Shown here: positions 26,753-36,233 of the stretch, piece after piece
Layout: every line of letters begins with the position of its first letter
Numbering within the stretch: position 1 is the stretch's first letter
NCBI GenBank assembly: GCA_041183265.1
Contig: JBEGMC010000034.1
Coordinates: forward strand, 80 to 64,079
Reading direction: 5' to 3'
From: Bacteroidota bacterium
Lineage (GTDB): Bacteria > Bacteroidota > Bacteroidia > Chitinophagales > Chitinophagaceae
DNA length: 64,000 nucleotides
Position numbers and translations under genes: made by a program
The notes under the pieces: generated by a model
What the model was told of the DNA's origin: nothing
The model's input: the letters and a program-made list of their open reading frames with translations, nothing else
Databases searched by the model: none

Positions 26753-27396
26753 TTCGTTGTAATATTTTTTAAAATCTCAATCATCGTATTGTGCAGTGTC
26801 TGGAGCGATTCATCCATTTTCCATTTGCTTTTATCCCTTTCTCCGATCAGATTGGAGATTGCCCTGATCTGAAGAAACGGAATATTTTTCATCAGACAAC
26901 AGTAATGAAATGCAGCACCCTCCATGGATTCAATAGATGGATGGTATGCTGCTTTGTAATAATTGATTTGTTTTTCTGATGTGGTGATTTGATTCACTGA
27001 GATGCCTGTAACTTTTTTTAACCCTGATTTTTCAAGCAGATGTTTGTGTGGATTGGATAATTTTTTTTGATGGAAAGGGAATGCATTCTCATCTGCAAGT
27101 TGCATGTCAAAGATGGAATGAAAGGTCTTCTTTTCCTCCACACCCATATCAGCCAAATACTCTGTTTCGACAGCTACTGCTGCACTGAGATGAAGCTCTT
27201 TTGAAAATCCACCTGCAATTCCCAGTTGTACAACAATGTCAGGTTGCTGTTTTTCGATGAGTTGTGTAAGTTGGAAAGTAGCAGCTACTTGTCCGATGCC
27301 ATGCACTGCCGTTGTGAGTGTATTTGGTTCAATGACATTCACATCCCTCATGCAGCTTAACTCCCATTCTGTAGCAGCAACAACCATGATTTTCAT
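26749..27396 (-). CDS. mqnB: futalosine hydrolase (nucleosidase family)
   Basis: 215 aa. PNP/MTAN-like fold (MKIMVVAATEWEL..., GIAGGF, MEGAAF). Translationally coupled to mqnD. Confidence 0.75.
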   Translation of the reverse strand: MKIMVVAATEWELSCMRDVNVIEPNTLTTAVHGIGQVAATFQLTQLIEKQQPDIVVQLGIAGGFSKELHLSAAVAVETEYLADMGVEEKKTFHSIFDMQLADENAFPFHQKKLSNPHKHLLEKSGLKKVTGISVNQITTSEKQINYYKAAYHPSIESMEGAAFHYCCLMKNIPFLQIRAISNLIGERDKSKWKMDESLQTLHNTMIEILKNITTK

Positions 27397-27420
27397 GTAG
27401 CAAAGTTCAGCATTTCAGAT

Positions 27421-27428
27421 TAACTTTG
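27421..27428 (+). promoter_or_regulatory. Bacteroidota -7 promoter box TAnnTTTG
   Basis: TAACTTTG, 13 nt upstream of the first PTPS paralogue ATG 27442. Confidence 0.4.
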
Positions 27429-27441
27429 CATCCCGTTATTT

Positions 27442-27858
27442 ATGGCAATTTTTTATCTTACCAGAAAAGAACACTTCAACGCTGCCCACAAGCTATACAA
27501 CCCCGCTTGGAGCCGTGAAAAGAATGAAGATGTATTTGGCAAATGTGCCAATGAGAATTGGCATGGCCACAATTTTGAACTGTATGTTACTGTAAAAGGA
27601 GAGCCCAATCCCGATACTGGATTTATTGTTGATGCGAAGTTGCTGAGTTCCATCATAAAGCTCCATGTGGTGGATGTACTGGATCACAAAAACCTGAACC
27701 TGGATGTACCATTTATGAAGGATAAGATCTGTTCGATTGAAAATCTGGTTGATGGCATATGGAAGGAGTTGAGTCCTAACATTCCCCCTGGCGTATCTTT
27801 GCACTGCGTTAAATTGGTAGAAACACCCAGAATATTTGTTGAATACTATGGCGAATAA
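27442..27858 (+). CDS. 6-pyruvoyl-tetrahydropterin / 6-carboxytetrahydropterin synthase family protein (paralogue 1)
   Basis: 138 aa. Zn and catalytic motifs HFNAAHKL, KCANENWHGHNF, LDHKNLNLDVP and ETPRIFVEY. Confidence 0.9.
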   Translation: MAIFYLTRKEHFNAAHKLYNPAWSREKNEDVFGKCANENWHGHNFELYVTVKGEPNPDTGFIVDAKLLSSIIKLHVVDVLDHKNLNLDVPFMKDKICSIENLVDGIWKELSPNIPPGVSLHCVKLVETPRIFVEYYGE

Positions 27859-28264
27859 GGTAGCTGTATATAGAAAGGAACACTTCAATGCTGCACACCG
27901 TCTGCACAATCCATCATTGTCTCAAGATGAAAATAACCGTTTGTTCGGAAAATGCAACTTGCCCAATTACCATGGACACAATTATGAATTGATTCTAAAA
28001 GTAACTGGAGAAGTTGATCCTGTTACAGGCTATGTGATGGATACAAAGCTACTCTCTGACCTTGTAAATGAACATGTTATATCCAAATTTGATCACCGCA
28101 ACCTGAACTTGGATGTACCCGCATTCAAGCATTTGAATCCCACAGCTGAAAACATCGCCATCGTCATATTTAATATTTTAAGACCTCTTTTGAGTGAACA
28201 ATTGGACCTTCAGATACGTTTATATGAAACTCCACGTAATTTCGTTGAGTACCCTACTTCATAA
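27848..28264 (+). CDS. 6-pyruvoyl-tetrahydropterin synthase family protein (paralogue 2, closest to the animal PTPS pattern)
   Basis: 138 aa from ATG 27848, overlapping paralogue 1 by 11 nt. Motifs HFNAAHRLHNPSLSQDENNRLFGKCNLPNYHGHNY, FDHRNLNLDVP and ETPRNFVEY. Confidence 0.9.
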   Translation: MANKVAVYRKEHFNAAHRLHNPSLSQDENNRLFGKCNLPNYHGHNYELILKVTGEVDPVTGYVMDTKLLSDLVNEHVISKFDHRNLNLDVPAFKHLNPTAENIAIVIFNILRPLLSEQLDLQIRLYETPRNFVEYPTS

Positions 28265-28282
28265 ATAACCAATCAAAAGGTC

Positions 28283-28879
28283 ATGGCATACATCAAGGTT
28301 GAGCAGTTCGAGGATAAGATCACCTCGGGTCTTATTGAAAATTACAGAGAATCCATTGAGCTTCTTGGAGAGGACCCCAACCGTGAGGGATTGCTGAAGA
28401 CTCCGGAAAGAGTCGCAAAGTCGATGCAATATCTTACCCAGGGCTATCAAATTGATGCCAAAGCCATTCTTGATTCTGCCAAGTTTCATGAAGACGTAAA
28501 TGAAATGATCCTTGTAAAGGACATTGAACTGTATAGCTTGTGCGAGCATCATATGTTGCCCTTTTACGGAAAGGCTCACGTTGCATATATTCCCAATGGA
28601 GTCATCACTGGCTTGAGCAAAATTGCAAGAGTTGTTGATGCATACAGCAGAAGACTGCAAGTACAAGAGCGATTGACAACACAAATTCTCAATGTCATCC
28701 AAGAAACGTTGAATCCATTGGGTGTTGCTGTTGTAATCGAAGCATCTCACCTCTGTATGATGATGCGCGGTGTACAAAAACAAAATTCAGTTACAACAAC
28801 CTCTGCTTTCTGCGGTCAGTTTCAGAAAAATGAAACCAGGAGTGAATTCATCCGACTGATCGGTTCCAGGCTGCATTGA
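28283..28879 (+). CDS. folE: GTP cyclohydrolase I (FolE type)
   Basis: 198 aa. Motifs [20 protein letters not shown] and HLCMMMRGV. Confidence 0.95.
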   Translation: MAYIKVEQFEDKITSGLIENYRESIELLGEDPNREGLLKTPERVAKSMQYLTQGYQIDAKAILDSAKFHEDVNEMILVKDIELYSLCEHHMLPFYGKAHVAYIPNGVITGLSKIARVVDAYSRRLQVQERLTTQILNVIQETLNPLGVAVVIEASHLCMMMRGVQKQNSVTTTSAFCGQFQKNETRSEFIRLIGSRLH

Positions 28880-28948
28880 TTATCAATGCGTACCGATTAA
28901 TTTGACCCTCTGTCTTCTTTTTCGTAAATTGCGTCCCCAATCCAACCA

Positions 28949-29839
28949 ATGATACACGCTTATGTATTCCCAGGCCAAGGCTCCCAATATCCGGGAATGG
29001 GAAAAGACCACTTTGAATCAAACGCATTTGCCAGACGCTTCTTTGAGCAAGCCAATGAAATTTTAGGATTCAAGATTTCTGATGTTATGTTCAATGGCAC
29101 AGAGGAAGATCTCAGGCAAACCAATGTTACCCAACCTGCGATTTTTCTGCATTCAGTTATTGCATACAAGATGTTGGACAACACGACTCCACACATGGTA
29201 GCTGGACATTCATTGGGTGAGTTTTCTTCTTTGGTTGTCAATGGAACACTGACATTTGAGGATGCGCTTCAATTGGTAAATGTCAGGGCTTCGGCCATGC
29301 AAAAGGCGTGTGAGGCAAATCCATCTTCCATGGCAGCAGTGCTGGCATTGGATGATGCAAAAGCAGAAGAAATTTGCAAGGAAATTTTAGAAGAGAGCGG
29401 CGAACTGGTGGTACCAGCCAATTATAACTGTCCAGGTCAACTGGTGATCAGCGGATCGAACCAAGGAATAGATATTGCCTGTGAAAAAATGAAAGCTGCT
29501 GGAGCCAAGCGAGCATTGAAACTCCCTGTTGGTGGAGCTTTTCATTCACCTTTGATGGAGTCTGCAAAAGAAGAACTCTCGGCGGCCATCCAAAAGACAA
29601 CTTTCCATCGTCCCGTTTGCCCTGTTTATCAAAATGTAATCGCAAAAGCCGTAATTGATCCTGATCAAATCAAACAACATCTCATAGATCAGCTTACAGG
29701 TCCTGTTAGATGGACACAATCCGTAGAGGCAATGATCAAAGACGGTGCAACCAAGTTTACAGAAGTTGGTCCTGGTAAAGTTTTACAGGGACTCATTGCG
29801 AAAATCAACAAAACAGTCGAAGTAGAATCTTTCAGCTGA
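28949..29839 (+). CDS. fabD: ACP S-malonyltransferase
   Basis: 296 aa. FPGQGSQ, the active-site GHSLGE and a VGGAFHS region. Confidence 0.95.
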   Translation: MIHAYVFPGQGSQYPGMGKDHFESNAFARRFFEQANEILGFKISDVMFNGTEEDLRQTNVTQPAIFLHSVIAYKMLDNTTPHMVAGHSLGEFSSLVVNGTLTFEDALQLVNVRASAMQKACEANPSSMAAVLALDDAKAEEICKEILEESGELVVPANYNCPGQLVISGSNQGIDIACEKMKAAGAKRALKLPVGGAFHSPLMESAKEELSAAIQKTTFHRPVCPVYQNVIAKAVIDPDQIKQHLIDQLTGPVRWTQSVEAMIKDGATKFTEVGPGKVLQGLIAKINKTVEVESFS

Positions 29840-30151
29840 TCAAGCCTGCGCAGCTGGTCCCCCGTATTGAAAGGGTATCTGAACCTCCTCAAAGTCTTTG
29901 ATGGTGCCATGTGCCAACTCGAATTTGTCTACATTGTCCTGCAATGCATGCAACAGGCGTTTGGCATGTTGGGGTGTTAATATGATTCTTGATTTGACAC
30001 GGCTTTTGGGGGTGCCGGGCATAACATTGACAAAATCAACCACGAACTCTGCATGGCTATGTGTGATGATGGCCAGATTTGCATATTGGCCCTCTGCCAT
30101 TTCCTCTGAAATTTCAATATTCAATTGATTGGGTGCTTGTTGCTCGCTCAT
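29840..30151 (-). CDS. DUF3467 domain protein
   Basis: 103 aa from ATG 30151. QYANLAIITHSHAEFVVDFVNVMPG resembles DUF3467. The track TTG start 30172 lies inside the promoter box. Confidence 0.7.
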   Translation of the reverse strand: MSEQQAPNQLNIEISEEMAEGQYANLAIITHSHAEFVVDFVNVMPGTPKSRVKSRIILTPQHAKRLLHALQDNVDKFELAHGTIKDFEEVQIPFQYGGPAAQA

Positions 30152-30169
30152 GCTGATGTGTTTGAAAAA

Positions 30170-30177
30170 CAAATATA
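30170..30177 (-). promoter_or_regulatory. Bacteroidota -7 promoter box TAnnTTTG
   Basis: Minus strand reads TATATTTG, 18 nt upstream of the DUF3467 ATG 30151. Confidence 0.4.
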
Positions 30178-30179
30178 CA

Positions 30180-32159
30180 CTAGAATTTTATTGTTGCTTG
30201 AACCCTCCATTCAGATTGAACAAGTGCATTGTATTGTGGCGTTGGACCTCTTGAAGGAAAATATTTTTTCTCAATGACCCATTTTCCAGCAAAGTGAACC
30301 TTCTTGGAAATGTTCGTTTGAAAAAGCAGGTAACTCGAGTTTCCCCGGTTGAAAAAAGATTGCATGGCATAGTAATGTGGAAGATCACGTTCCATGCTGT
30401 AAATAGATGCATCGAAACCGTCTGTATTGAAATATGTTGTGCGAATGCTGATACTGTAGGGTTGTAATACTGGATGCAGGATGATCTCTGCAAACGAGAG
30501 CCAGCCATGAAGTTTATCTCCAGCCTCTTTTTTTCTAGTCAGCAGCTCATTTCTAATTCTGAGTTCCAATGCTTCATTGATTTGAAATCCAGCGTGTATC
30601 CTTAATTGAAATGATTGTTGAACGGAAAGCAAATGTGATTTAGACTGAATGGATGGAAGGTTTTCGGTTTTTCTTTTTTCAATCAACCGAATATAGATTT
30701 CCAATTTTTTTGTTGGTGCAACTGCATACGTCAGCGCATGGATCAGTCCGCGTTGCGGACCATTTGCGCTGAATACTGGAAATGGATGCACAAATTGATC
30801 CATATATGCTTCCAGTCTGTTTCTGTTGTTCAATTTGTAATTCATGCCAACATATATTCCGCTCTCATTGTTGGCTGAAGGTTGATGTGCTATGATATTG
30901 GGTGAAAATGCATTGTATGATTTAGATATCCCTCTCCATTGCATTCCAACGTCGAGTGTGCGATGAAGGTTTTTTAAAATACCAATGATTGCTCCGGTAG
31001 AATAATCTCTGTCTATTGCCAACTCGCCAAAAAAAGTCCCCCATTTGGTAGACAGAATAAAATCACCGCTCAAGTTGAAAAATTGATCGCCTTTGATACT
31101 GTATGTATTGTAGGGCAAGGATCTTTTTTGAATGGGGATATCCAGCTGGGTATAGATTCCATTCAATGCAATATGTCCGGATTTTAAAAGGCGCTTGACT
31201 GTAAAACCGGTATGAAAGGATTGCAGCGATTTTTTATCCATCCACTCTCTCTCATTTCTGTGCAAACCAGTCAACAAAAGTGAACTGACCCATTTTTTTT
31301 CTGTTAGGCTGTCATGCATCACGTTTGCATCCAATCCTTTTTTGCTGACAAAGCCATAGAAACTTGTATTTCTTTTTCCGATTTCAAATCCCACGCCTCT
31401 GAAAAACCTGTTTTCCTCTGTTCCGGTATGAGGTCTGAGGGATGTTGACTGGCGCATGATGCTGAGAATATTCAGGCCTTTTCCAAATGCATATCCTTGC
31501 CAATGAATCATTCCCTGACCCATGGTGACCAGGTAATCGCCCACGATAATTTTTTTGAATATACCAACAGATGATTTCTGCAGATAGCCGCTGGTGAAGT
31601 CAAAAATATTTTTCTCACCTGCATCCTTCTCGGCGGATAAACCAAATGACGCATTGGTTTGATTATTGTTTCTGTAGAATAAAGTTTGTTTCATCCCTTT
31701 TAAAAAAGATTGTTCAAGCATGCTGCTGCTCCCTGATCTGCCTAGCCGAATTACTATTTGATGTTGGCCGTTTGATAGTTCGGCTTTATTTGGTTGTTCC
31801 AGCAATACAAACCACTTCATCAGTTCTTTTATCAATGGGATTTCCCAACCTGGAATTGCCTGTAGTTCATACATGCTCAAAAAATCTCCAAACCTTTTTT
31901 TGTATTCAAAAAAAGCATTGATTTGGTTAAAACTCAGCATGTGCAATGCCTGTAATTCTTCGAATGTAACCGAATTGATATTTTTTTTCTTGGTGTGCTC
32001 GATACCGATAAGTTTTGACAAATTTTGCTCAGATGGATCATTGAATGGATCCTGCTCTTCCAGTTGTCTTGATAACTGCTCCTGTGCGTATGTTTCTTGA
32101 GATGCTGATGTAAATATTGTGATCAGCACTATCCATTGCAGTACTTTATTGCAATACAT
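30180..32159 (-). CDS. helix-hairpin-helix (ComEA-like) domain protein fused to a predicted large outer-membrane beta-barrel
   Basis: 659 aa. Signal peptide ending TYAQ. HhH-like segment NINSVTFEELQALHMLSFNQINAFFEYKKRFGDFLSMYELQAIPGW. About 500 aa of alternating beta-strand-like sequence. C-terminal beta-signal-like VQATIKF ending in Phe. Confidence 0.7.
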   Translation of the reverse strand: MYCNKVLQWIVLITIFTSASQETYAQEQLSRQLEEQDPFNDPSEQNLSKLIGIEHTKKKNINSVTFEELQALHMLSFNQINAFFEYKKRFGDFLSMYELQAIPGWEIPLIKELMKWFVLLEQPNKAELSNGQHQIVIRLGRSGSSSMLEQSFLKGMKQTLFYRNNNQTNASFGLSAEKDAGEKNIFDFTSGYLQKSSVGIFKKIIVGDYLVTMGQGMIHWQGYAFGKGLNILSIMRQSTSLRPHTGTEENRFFRGVGFEIGKRNTSFYGFVSKKGLDANVMHDSLTEKKWVSSLLLTGLHRNEREWMDKKSLQSFHTGFTVKRLLKSGHIALNGIYTQLDIPIQKRSLPYNTYSIKGDQFFNLSGDFILSTKWGTFFGELAIDRDYSTGAIIGILKNLHRTLDVGMQWRGISKSYNAFSPNIIAHQPSANNESGIYVGMNYKLNNRNRLEAYMDQFVHPFPVFSANGPQRGLIHALTYAVAPTKKLEIYIRLIEKRKTENLPSIQSKSHLLSVQQSFQLRIHAGFQINEALELRIRNELLTRKKEAGDKLHGWLSFAEIILHPVLQPYSISIRTTYFNTDGFDASIYSMERDLPHYYAMQSFFNRGNSSYLLFQTNISKKVHFAGKWVIEKKYFPSRGPTPQYNALVQSEWRVQATIKF

Positions 32160-32940
32160 GGTACAACATCATAAAACAGGAGCTTCCCAGCATTGGGTGG
32201 TTGGAAATACCCATGCCCATCTTCCATCGCTTTGGAATGTATAGCAAGCCCGATTGTATCTCTGCGCTGCCTGTTCGGTAATACAAATAAGTTTCGAGCT
32301 GTTGCGTGGGACTCCATTCTGCATACAGATTGAGATTCGATTTGTTTCTGAAATCATTTTCAAGTTCAATTCCCATTTGTATACCTGCTGCGATTTGAAA
32401 ATTGAAGGCTGTTGAGAAAGTTCCAAATTCATTGTACGTTGGAGTTGGCAACGGTTTTATCAGTTTTTTCAGATTGATTGAAATGCTTCCCTTTTTTGCA
32501 AAGAGATACAAAAGCCCAAGCTGTGGTGAGAGAATGAACAACGGAGTAAATCCCCTGAATTGATCACGCCTGACTCCACATCCAATACCCATGCCCAGTG
32601 ATTTAGATAATTTTACTCCATAACCTGCACCCAAGGAAAATCCATTGAATATTTCGTTTGCCAGGGCATTCAGGTGCAAACCAACTCCTCCATTTTCCGT
32701 TTTGTATTGTGCGCTGATGTTCAGTTTTGACAGCGATGCAATCAAATATTTGTTTTCAACAGATATACCGATGGAACCATGCTCTGCAAATGCCAAAACT
32801 CCGAAAGCATCATGATGTATAAACGGGTTGGATTGAGCCGTTTTGTGCTGTACAATATTGCTGGGTTGCATTAGCTGCGCCCAGTCATTTTGTGCAATGC
32901 AGCAGAATGGCATACATGCCCACATGATCAACATCCTCAT
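32146..32940 (-). CDS. hypothetical exported beta-rich protein (possible small outer-membrane barrel)
   Basis: 264 aa. Signal-like N-terminus MRMLIMWACMPFCCIAQ and Gly/aromatic-rich alternating segments. Overlaps the downstream HhH-barrel gene by 14 nt. No family recognised. Confidence 0.5.
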   Translation of the reverse strand: MRMLIMWACMPFCCIAQNDWAQLMQPSNIVQHKTAQSNPFIHHDAFGVLAFAEHGSIGISVENKYLIASLSKLNISAQYKTENGGVGLHLNALANEIFNGFSLGAGYGVKLSKSLGMGIGCGVRRDQFRGFTPLFILSPQLGLLYLFAKKGSISINLKKLIKPLPTPTYNEFGTFSTAFNFQIAAGIQMGIELENDFRNKSNLNLYAEWSPTQQLETYLYYRTGSAEIQSGLLYIPKRWKMGMGISNHPMLGSSCFMMLYHVLQ

Positions 32941-33014
32941 GCAATAAAGGTGAGAATTGGTTTATTCCTGGAGCTGTTTAAAACAACATATTTGGGTGTC
33001 ATTTTTCTCAAGTG

Positions 33015-33022
33015 TACCTTTG
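33015..33022 (+). promoter_or_regulatory. Bacteroidota -7 promoter box TAnnTTTG
   Basis: TACCTTTG, exactly 4 nt upstream of folD ATG 33027. Confidence 0.5.
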
Positions 33023-33026
33023 AGGG

Positions 33027-33908
33027 ATGGAAATAATGGATGGCAAGCTTGTATCCCAGGCTGTAAAAGACAGGTTGAAACAACAGACTGAAGCGCGCAA
33101 AGCGGCAGGCAAAAAGATGCCCCATCTTGCCGCTGTTCTCATCGGATACAACGGTGCCAGCGAAACCTACGTCGCTTCCAAGGTCAAGTCCTGCACAGAG
33201 GTTGGATTCACATCGACGCTTATTCGTCTCCCGGAAGATGTTTCGGAAGTACAGCTCCTGAATAAATTAACTGAGCTCAACGAGGATTTTGATGTGGATG
33301 GAATTTTGGTGCAATTGCCGCTACCAAAACATATATCAGAACAAAAAGTGATAGAAACCATTTATCCAAGCAAAGATGTAGATGGATTTCATCCGGAGAG
33401 TGTTGGAAAAATGGTGCAGGGATTGCCAACATTTTACCCGGCAACTCCCTATGGTATTTTGTTATTGCTCGAGCATTATAAAATTGATACCAAGGGAAAG
33501 CATGTAGTTGTCATTGGACGGAGCAATATAGTCGGACGTCCCATCAGCATCATGCTCAGCAAAAATGAATATCCCGGCAATGCGACGGTTACGGTATGTC
33601 ATTCACATACACAACAATTAAAGGAAATATGCCTGCAGGCGGATATCATCATCGCAGCATTGGGGAAACCTGAATTTCTCAAAGCTGAAATGGTAAAGGA
33701 AGGTGCAGTGGTGGTTGATGTGGGTATCACCAGGGTGAATGATCCCAGTAAAAAATCAGGCTTCTCCATCAAAGGGGATGTTGATTTTGCAGATGTCTCT
33801 TCCAGGTGCAGTTATATTACACCCGTACCGGGGGGTGTTGGACCTATGACCATTGCAGCCCTGATGATGAATACATTCAAAGCCTGTGCAGCAAAGGATC
33901 CAGTATGA
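33027..33908 (+). CDS. folD: bifunctional methylenetetrahydrofolate dehydrogenase/cyclohydrolase
   Basis: 293 aa. Motifs [20 protein letters not shown] and [13 protein letters not shown] 33027 is 4 nt below a TACCTTTG box. Confidence 0.95.
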   Translation: MEIMDGKLVSQAVKDRLKQQTEARKAAGKKMPHLAAVLIGYNGASETYVASKVKSCTEVGFTSTLIRLPEDVSEVQLLNKLTELNEDFDVDGILVQLPLPKHISEQKVIETIYPSKDVDGFHPESVGKMVQGLPTFYPATPYGILLLLEHYKIDTKGKHVVVIGRSNIVGRPISIMLSKNEYPGNATVTVCHSHTQQLKEICLQADIIIAALGKPEFLKAEMVKEGAVVVDVGITRVNDPSKKSGFSIKGDVDFADVSSRCSYITPVPGGVGPMTIAALMMNTFKACAAKDPV

Positions 33909-34519
33909 GCACTACCAGCATTTCGCAACTTCCTGTAATGGAACAATTTCTTACGCTGCAAGGAGAAGGCAGATTTGTAGGACATGCAGCCTATTTCATA
34001 CGTTTAGGAGGCTGTGACGTTGGATGTGTATGGTGTGATGTCAAAGAAAGTTGGGAGATGGACAAGCATCCTTCAATAGAAGTAAAACACCTTGTTGAGC
34101 GTGCAGTTGCATCCGGCGTAAACATAGCAGTGATAACAGGAGGTGAGCCTTTTATGCATGATCTGGATATGTTGACGAGTGAATTGAAAAAGAAAAATAT
34201 TCGTACACATATTGAAACTTCAGGTGCGCACAGGGTAACAGGTACCTGGGACTGGATAACGTTTTCTCCGAAAAAATTCAAAGCCCCATTACAGGATACC
34301 ATTGAACAAGCACATGAATTAAAAGTCGTTATTTATAACAAGTCTGATTTTGAGTGGGCAGAGAAATTTGCTGCTCAGGTAAGCAAAGATTGTTTGCTGT
34401 ACATGCAGCCTGAATGGAGCAAGTCAGCCGAAATGAATCCCTTGATCATTGAGTATATCAAATTGAATCCTCAATGGGCTTTGTCGCTTCAAACACATAA
34501 ATATTTAGACATACCTTGA
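33905..34519 (+). CDS. queE: 7-carboxy-7-deazaguanine synthase (radical SAM)
   Basis: 204 aa from ATG 33905, in an ATGA overlap with the folD stop. TLQGEG and the Cx3Cx2C cluster [11 protein letters not shown]. Confidence 0.88.
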   Translation: MSTTSISQLPVMEQFLTLQGEGRFVGHAAYFIRLGGCDVGCVWCDVKESWEMDKHPSIEVKHLVERAVASGVNIAVITGGEPFMHDLDMLTSELKKKNIRTHIETSGAHRVTGTWDWITFSPKKFKAPLQDTIEQAHELKVVIYNKSDFEWAEKFAAQVSKDCLLYMQPEWSKSAEMNPLIIEYIKLNPQWALSLQTHKYLDIP

Positions 34520-36159
34520 TCAGCGTCCGATCTATATTATTATGTATATCATTGCTGATTGCAGCCTTTGTAAATGCTCAGCAAAAAATTTCCAAACAAA
34601 ACCAAAAGAAATCAACTGAATTCCTAAAAAAAGGAATGGAAAGCGTGGATCAGGGAAATCTGGATGCAGCCAGTTTTTATTTTGACAGAGCTATTTATTT
34701 CAATGCATTCAATAAGTCAGCCTGGCTTGCCTTTGCAGATCTTAAGTATCAGTTGAAAGATTATGATTCCACCATTGTTTTGATAGAAAAAATCATCTTG
34801 CTGGATGCTTCACAGGAAAAACTTCTTTCAGTCCCACTGATAAAATCAAACATGGGAATGGGGAATTTCACAAAAGCATCGACCTTGGTCGATGCCGCAG
34901 CATCCAGAGGTTATCTGGATACTGCAGCGGCATCATCCAACAAACAACTGCTTGATTATGCATCCAGGGTCTCTGAGAAAAATTCAAAAGCAGGTCTCCT
35001 TATTCAAAACCTGGGAGCGTCCATTAATACAAAAGCATCTGAATATTTTCCTGCTATTTCTTCTGCTGATACATTGATGATCCTGACCAGGCGAATCAAC
35101 AATGGAAACAACGAAGATTTTTTCAGTTCCGCTTGGCAAAACAACCAATGGCAATCGGCATTGCCACTGCAGGGTAAAATCAATACTGCTTACAATGAGG
35201 GCGGCCAAAAAATTTCATCCGATGGGAAAACCATGGTTTTTACAGGATGCAACTATCCGGACGGATTGGGAAGTTGTGATTTGTATTATGCACACTATAT
35301 GGGTAATAAATGGTCCGAAAGACGGAATTTTGAAGATCCAGTCAACTCTCCATATTGGGAGTCAGCTCCCTGTTTTTCAGCTGACATGCAATCGCTTTAT
35401 TTTTCTTCAAACCGTCCAGGTGGATTCGGTGGCATGGATTTATATGTGAGTCGATATCTGGGTAATCAGCGTTGGAGTGAACCTAAAAATCTTGGTCCAT
35501 CGATCAATACTTCGGGTGATGAAATGTTCCCATTTCTGCATTTCGACAATGCAACCTTTTACTTTACATCCAACGGTTGGAAGTCCATTGGCGGATCGGA
35601 TATTTTTGTATCCAGATTGGTGGAGGATCAATTTTCTGCTCCTGTCAACTTGGGATATCCCGTTAATACGATTGACAATGAATCTGGTCTGGTAGTGAAT
35701 GCAAGCGGGAAGGTTGCATATTTCTCCAGTGACCGATATGGAGGCTTTGGTCAAATGGATATTTATCAGTTTAAACTTCCTGATGAGGTACAGGCGTTCC
35801 CTGTAAAACCCCGGGAAAAAATAATTCTCAACAATATTCAATTTGAAACCGCAAAGTGGGAATTGAAAAAAGATGCTGAAATGGGGTTGAATGTACTCAC
35901 TCAATTTCTGATAAAAAATCCTGCTCTTCGTATTCAAATCAATGGACATACAGACAATATTGGAAGCGGGGCAGATAATTTGAAACTATCGGAACGGCGA
36001 GCCCAATCTGTAGTTGAATATCTGATCAGAAAAGGAATTGATGCATCAAGACTGCTTTACAAGGGCTACGGTGATGCAGAACCCATTGCAGACAATCAAA
36101 CCGAAGAGGGGAGGGCAAAAAATCGCAGAACTGAAATGGTGATATTGTCAGTAGAATAG
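34516..36159 (+). CDS. OmpA family protein with TPR-like and TolB/PD40-like repeats
   Basis: 547 aa. TTG start overlapping the queE stop, followed by signal peptide [23 protein letters not shown]40-like repeats (YFSSNRPGGFGGMDLY, YFTSNG, YFSSDRYGGFGQMDIY). C-terminal OmpA motif NGHTDNIGS...LSERRA...NRRTE. Confidence 0.85.
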   Translation: MISVRSILLCISLLIAAFVNAQQKISKQNQKKSTEFLKKGMESVDQGNLDAASFYFDRAIYFNAFNKSAWLAFADLKYQLKDYDSTIVLIEKIILLDASQEKLLSVPLIKSNMGMGNFTKASTLVDAAASRGYLDTAAASSNKQLLDYASRVSEKNSKAGLLIQNLGASINTKASEYFPAISSADTLMILTRRINNGNNEDFFSSAWQNNQWQSALPLQGKINTAYNEGGQKISSDGKTMVFTGCNYPDGLGSCDLYYAHYMGNKWSERRNFEDPVNSPYWESAPCFSADMQSLYFSSNRPGGFGGMDLYVSRYLGNQRWSEPKNLGPSINTSGDEMFPFLHFDNATFYFTSNGWKSIGGSDIFVSRLVEDQFSAPVNLGYPVNTIDNESGLVVNASGKVAYFSSDRYGGFGQMDIYQFKLPDEVQAFPVKPREKIILNNIQFETAKWELKKDAEMGLNVLTQFLIKNPALRIQINGHTDNIGSGADNLKLSERRAQSVVEYLIRKGIDASRLLYKGYGDAEPIADNQTEEGRAKNRRTEMVILSVE

Positions 36160-36233
36160 GTTTTTATTCTGATGCGTGCTGTTTTTTTACTCCATTTCAA
36201 ATTGAACTATGCTACTACATTCGTTTGCTACGT

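Noticed and set aside
28259-28783. 174-aa minus-strand ORF.
   Set aside because: Antisense to folE, so a shadow ORF.
35440-35949. 169-aa minus-strand ORF.
   Set aside because: Antisense to the OmpA-family gene, so a shadow ORF.
36153-36170. AGAATA-GGTTTT-TATTCT hairpin after the OmpA-family gene.
   Set aside because: It is a 6-bp all-A/T stem overlapping the stop codon, and the T-run begins 12 nt later. Too weak to call.
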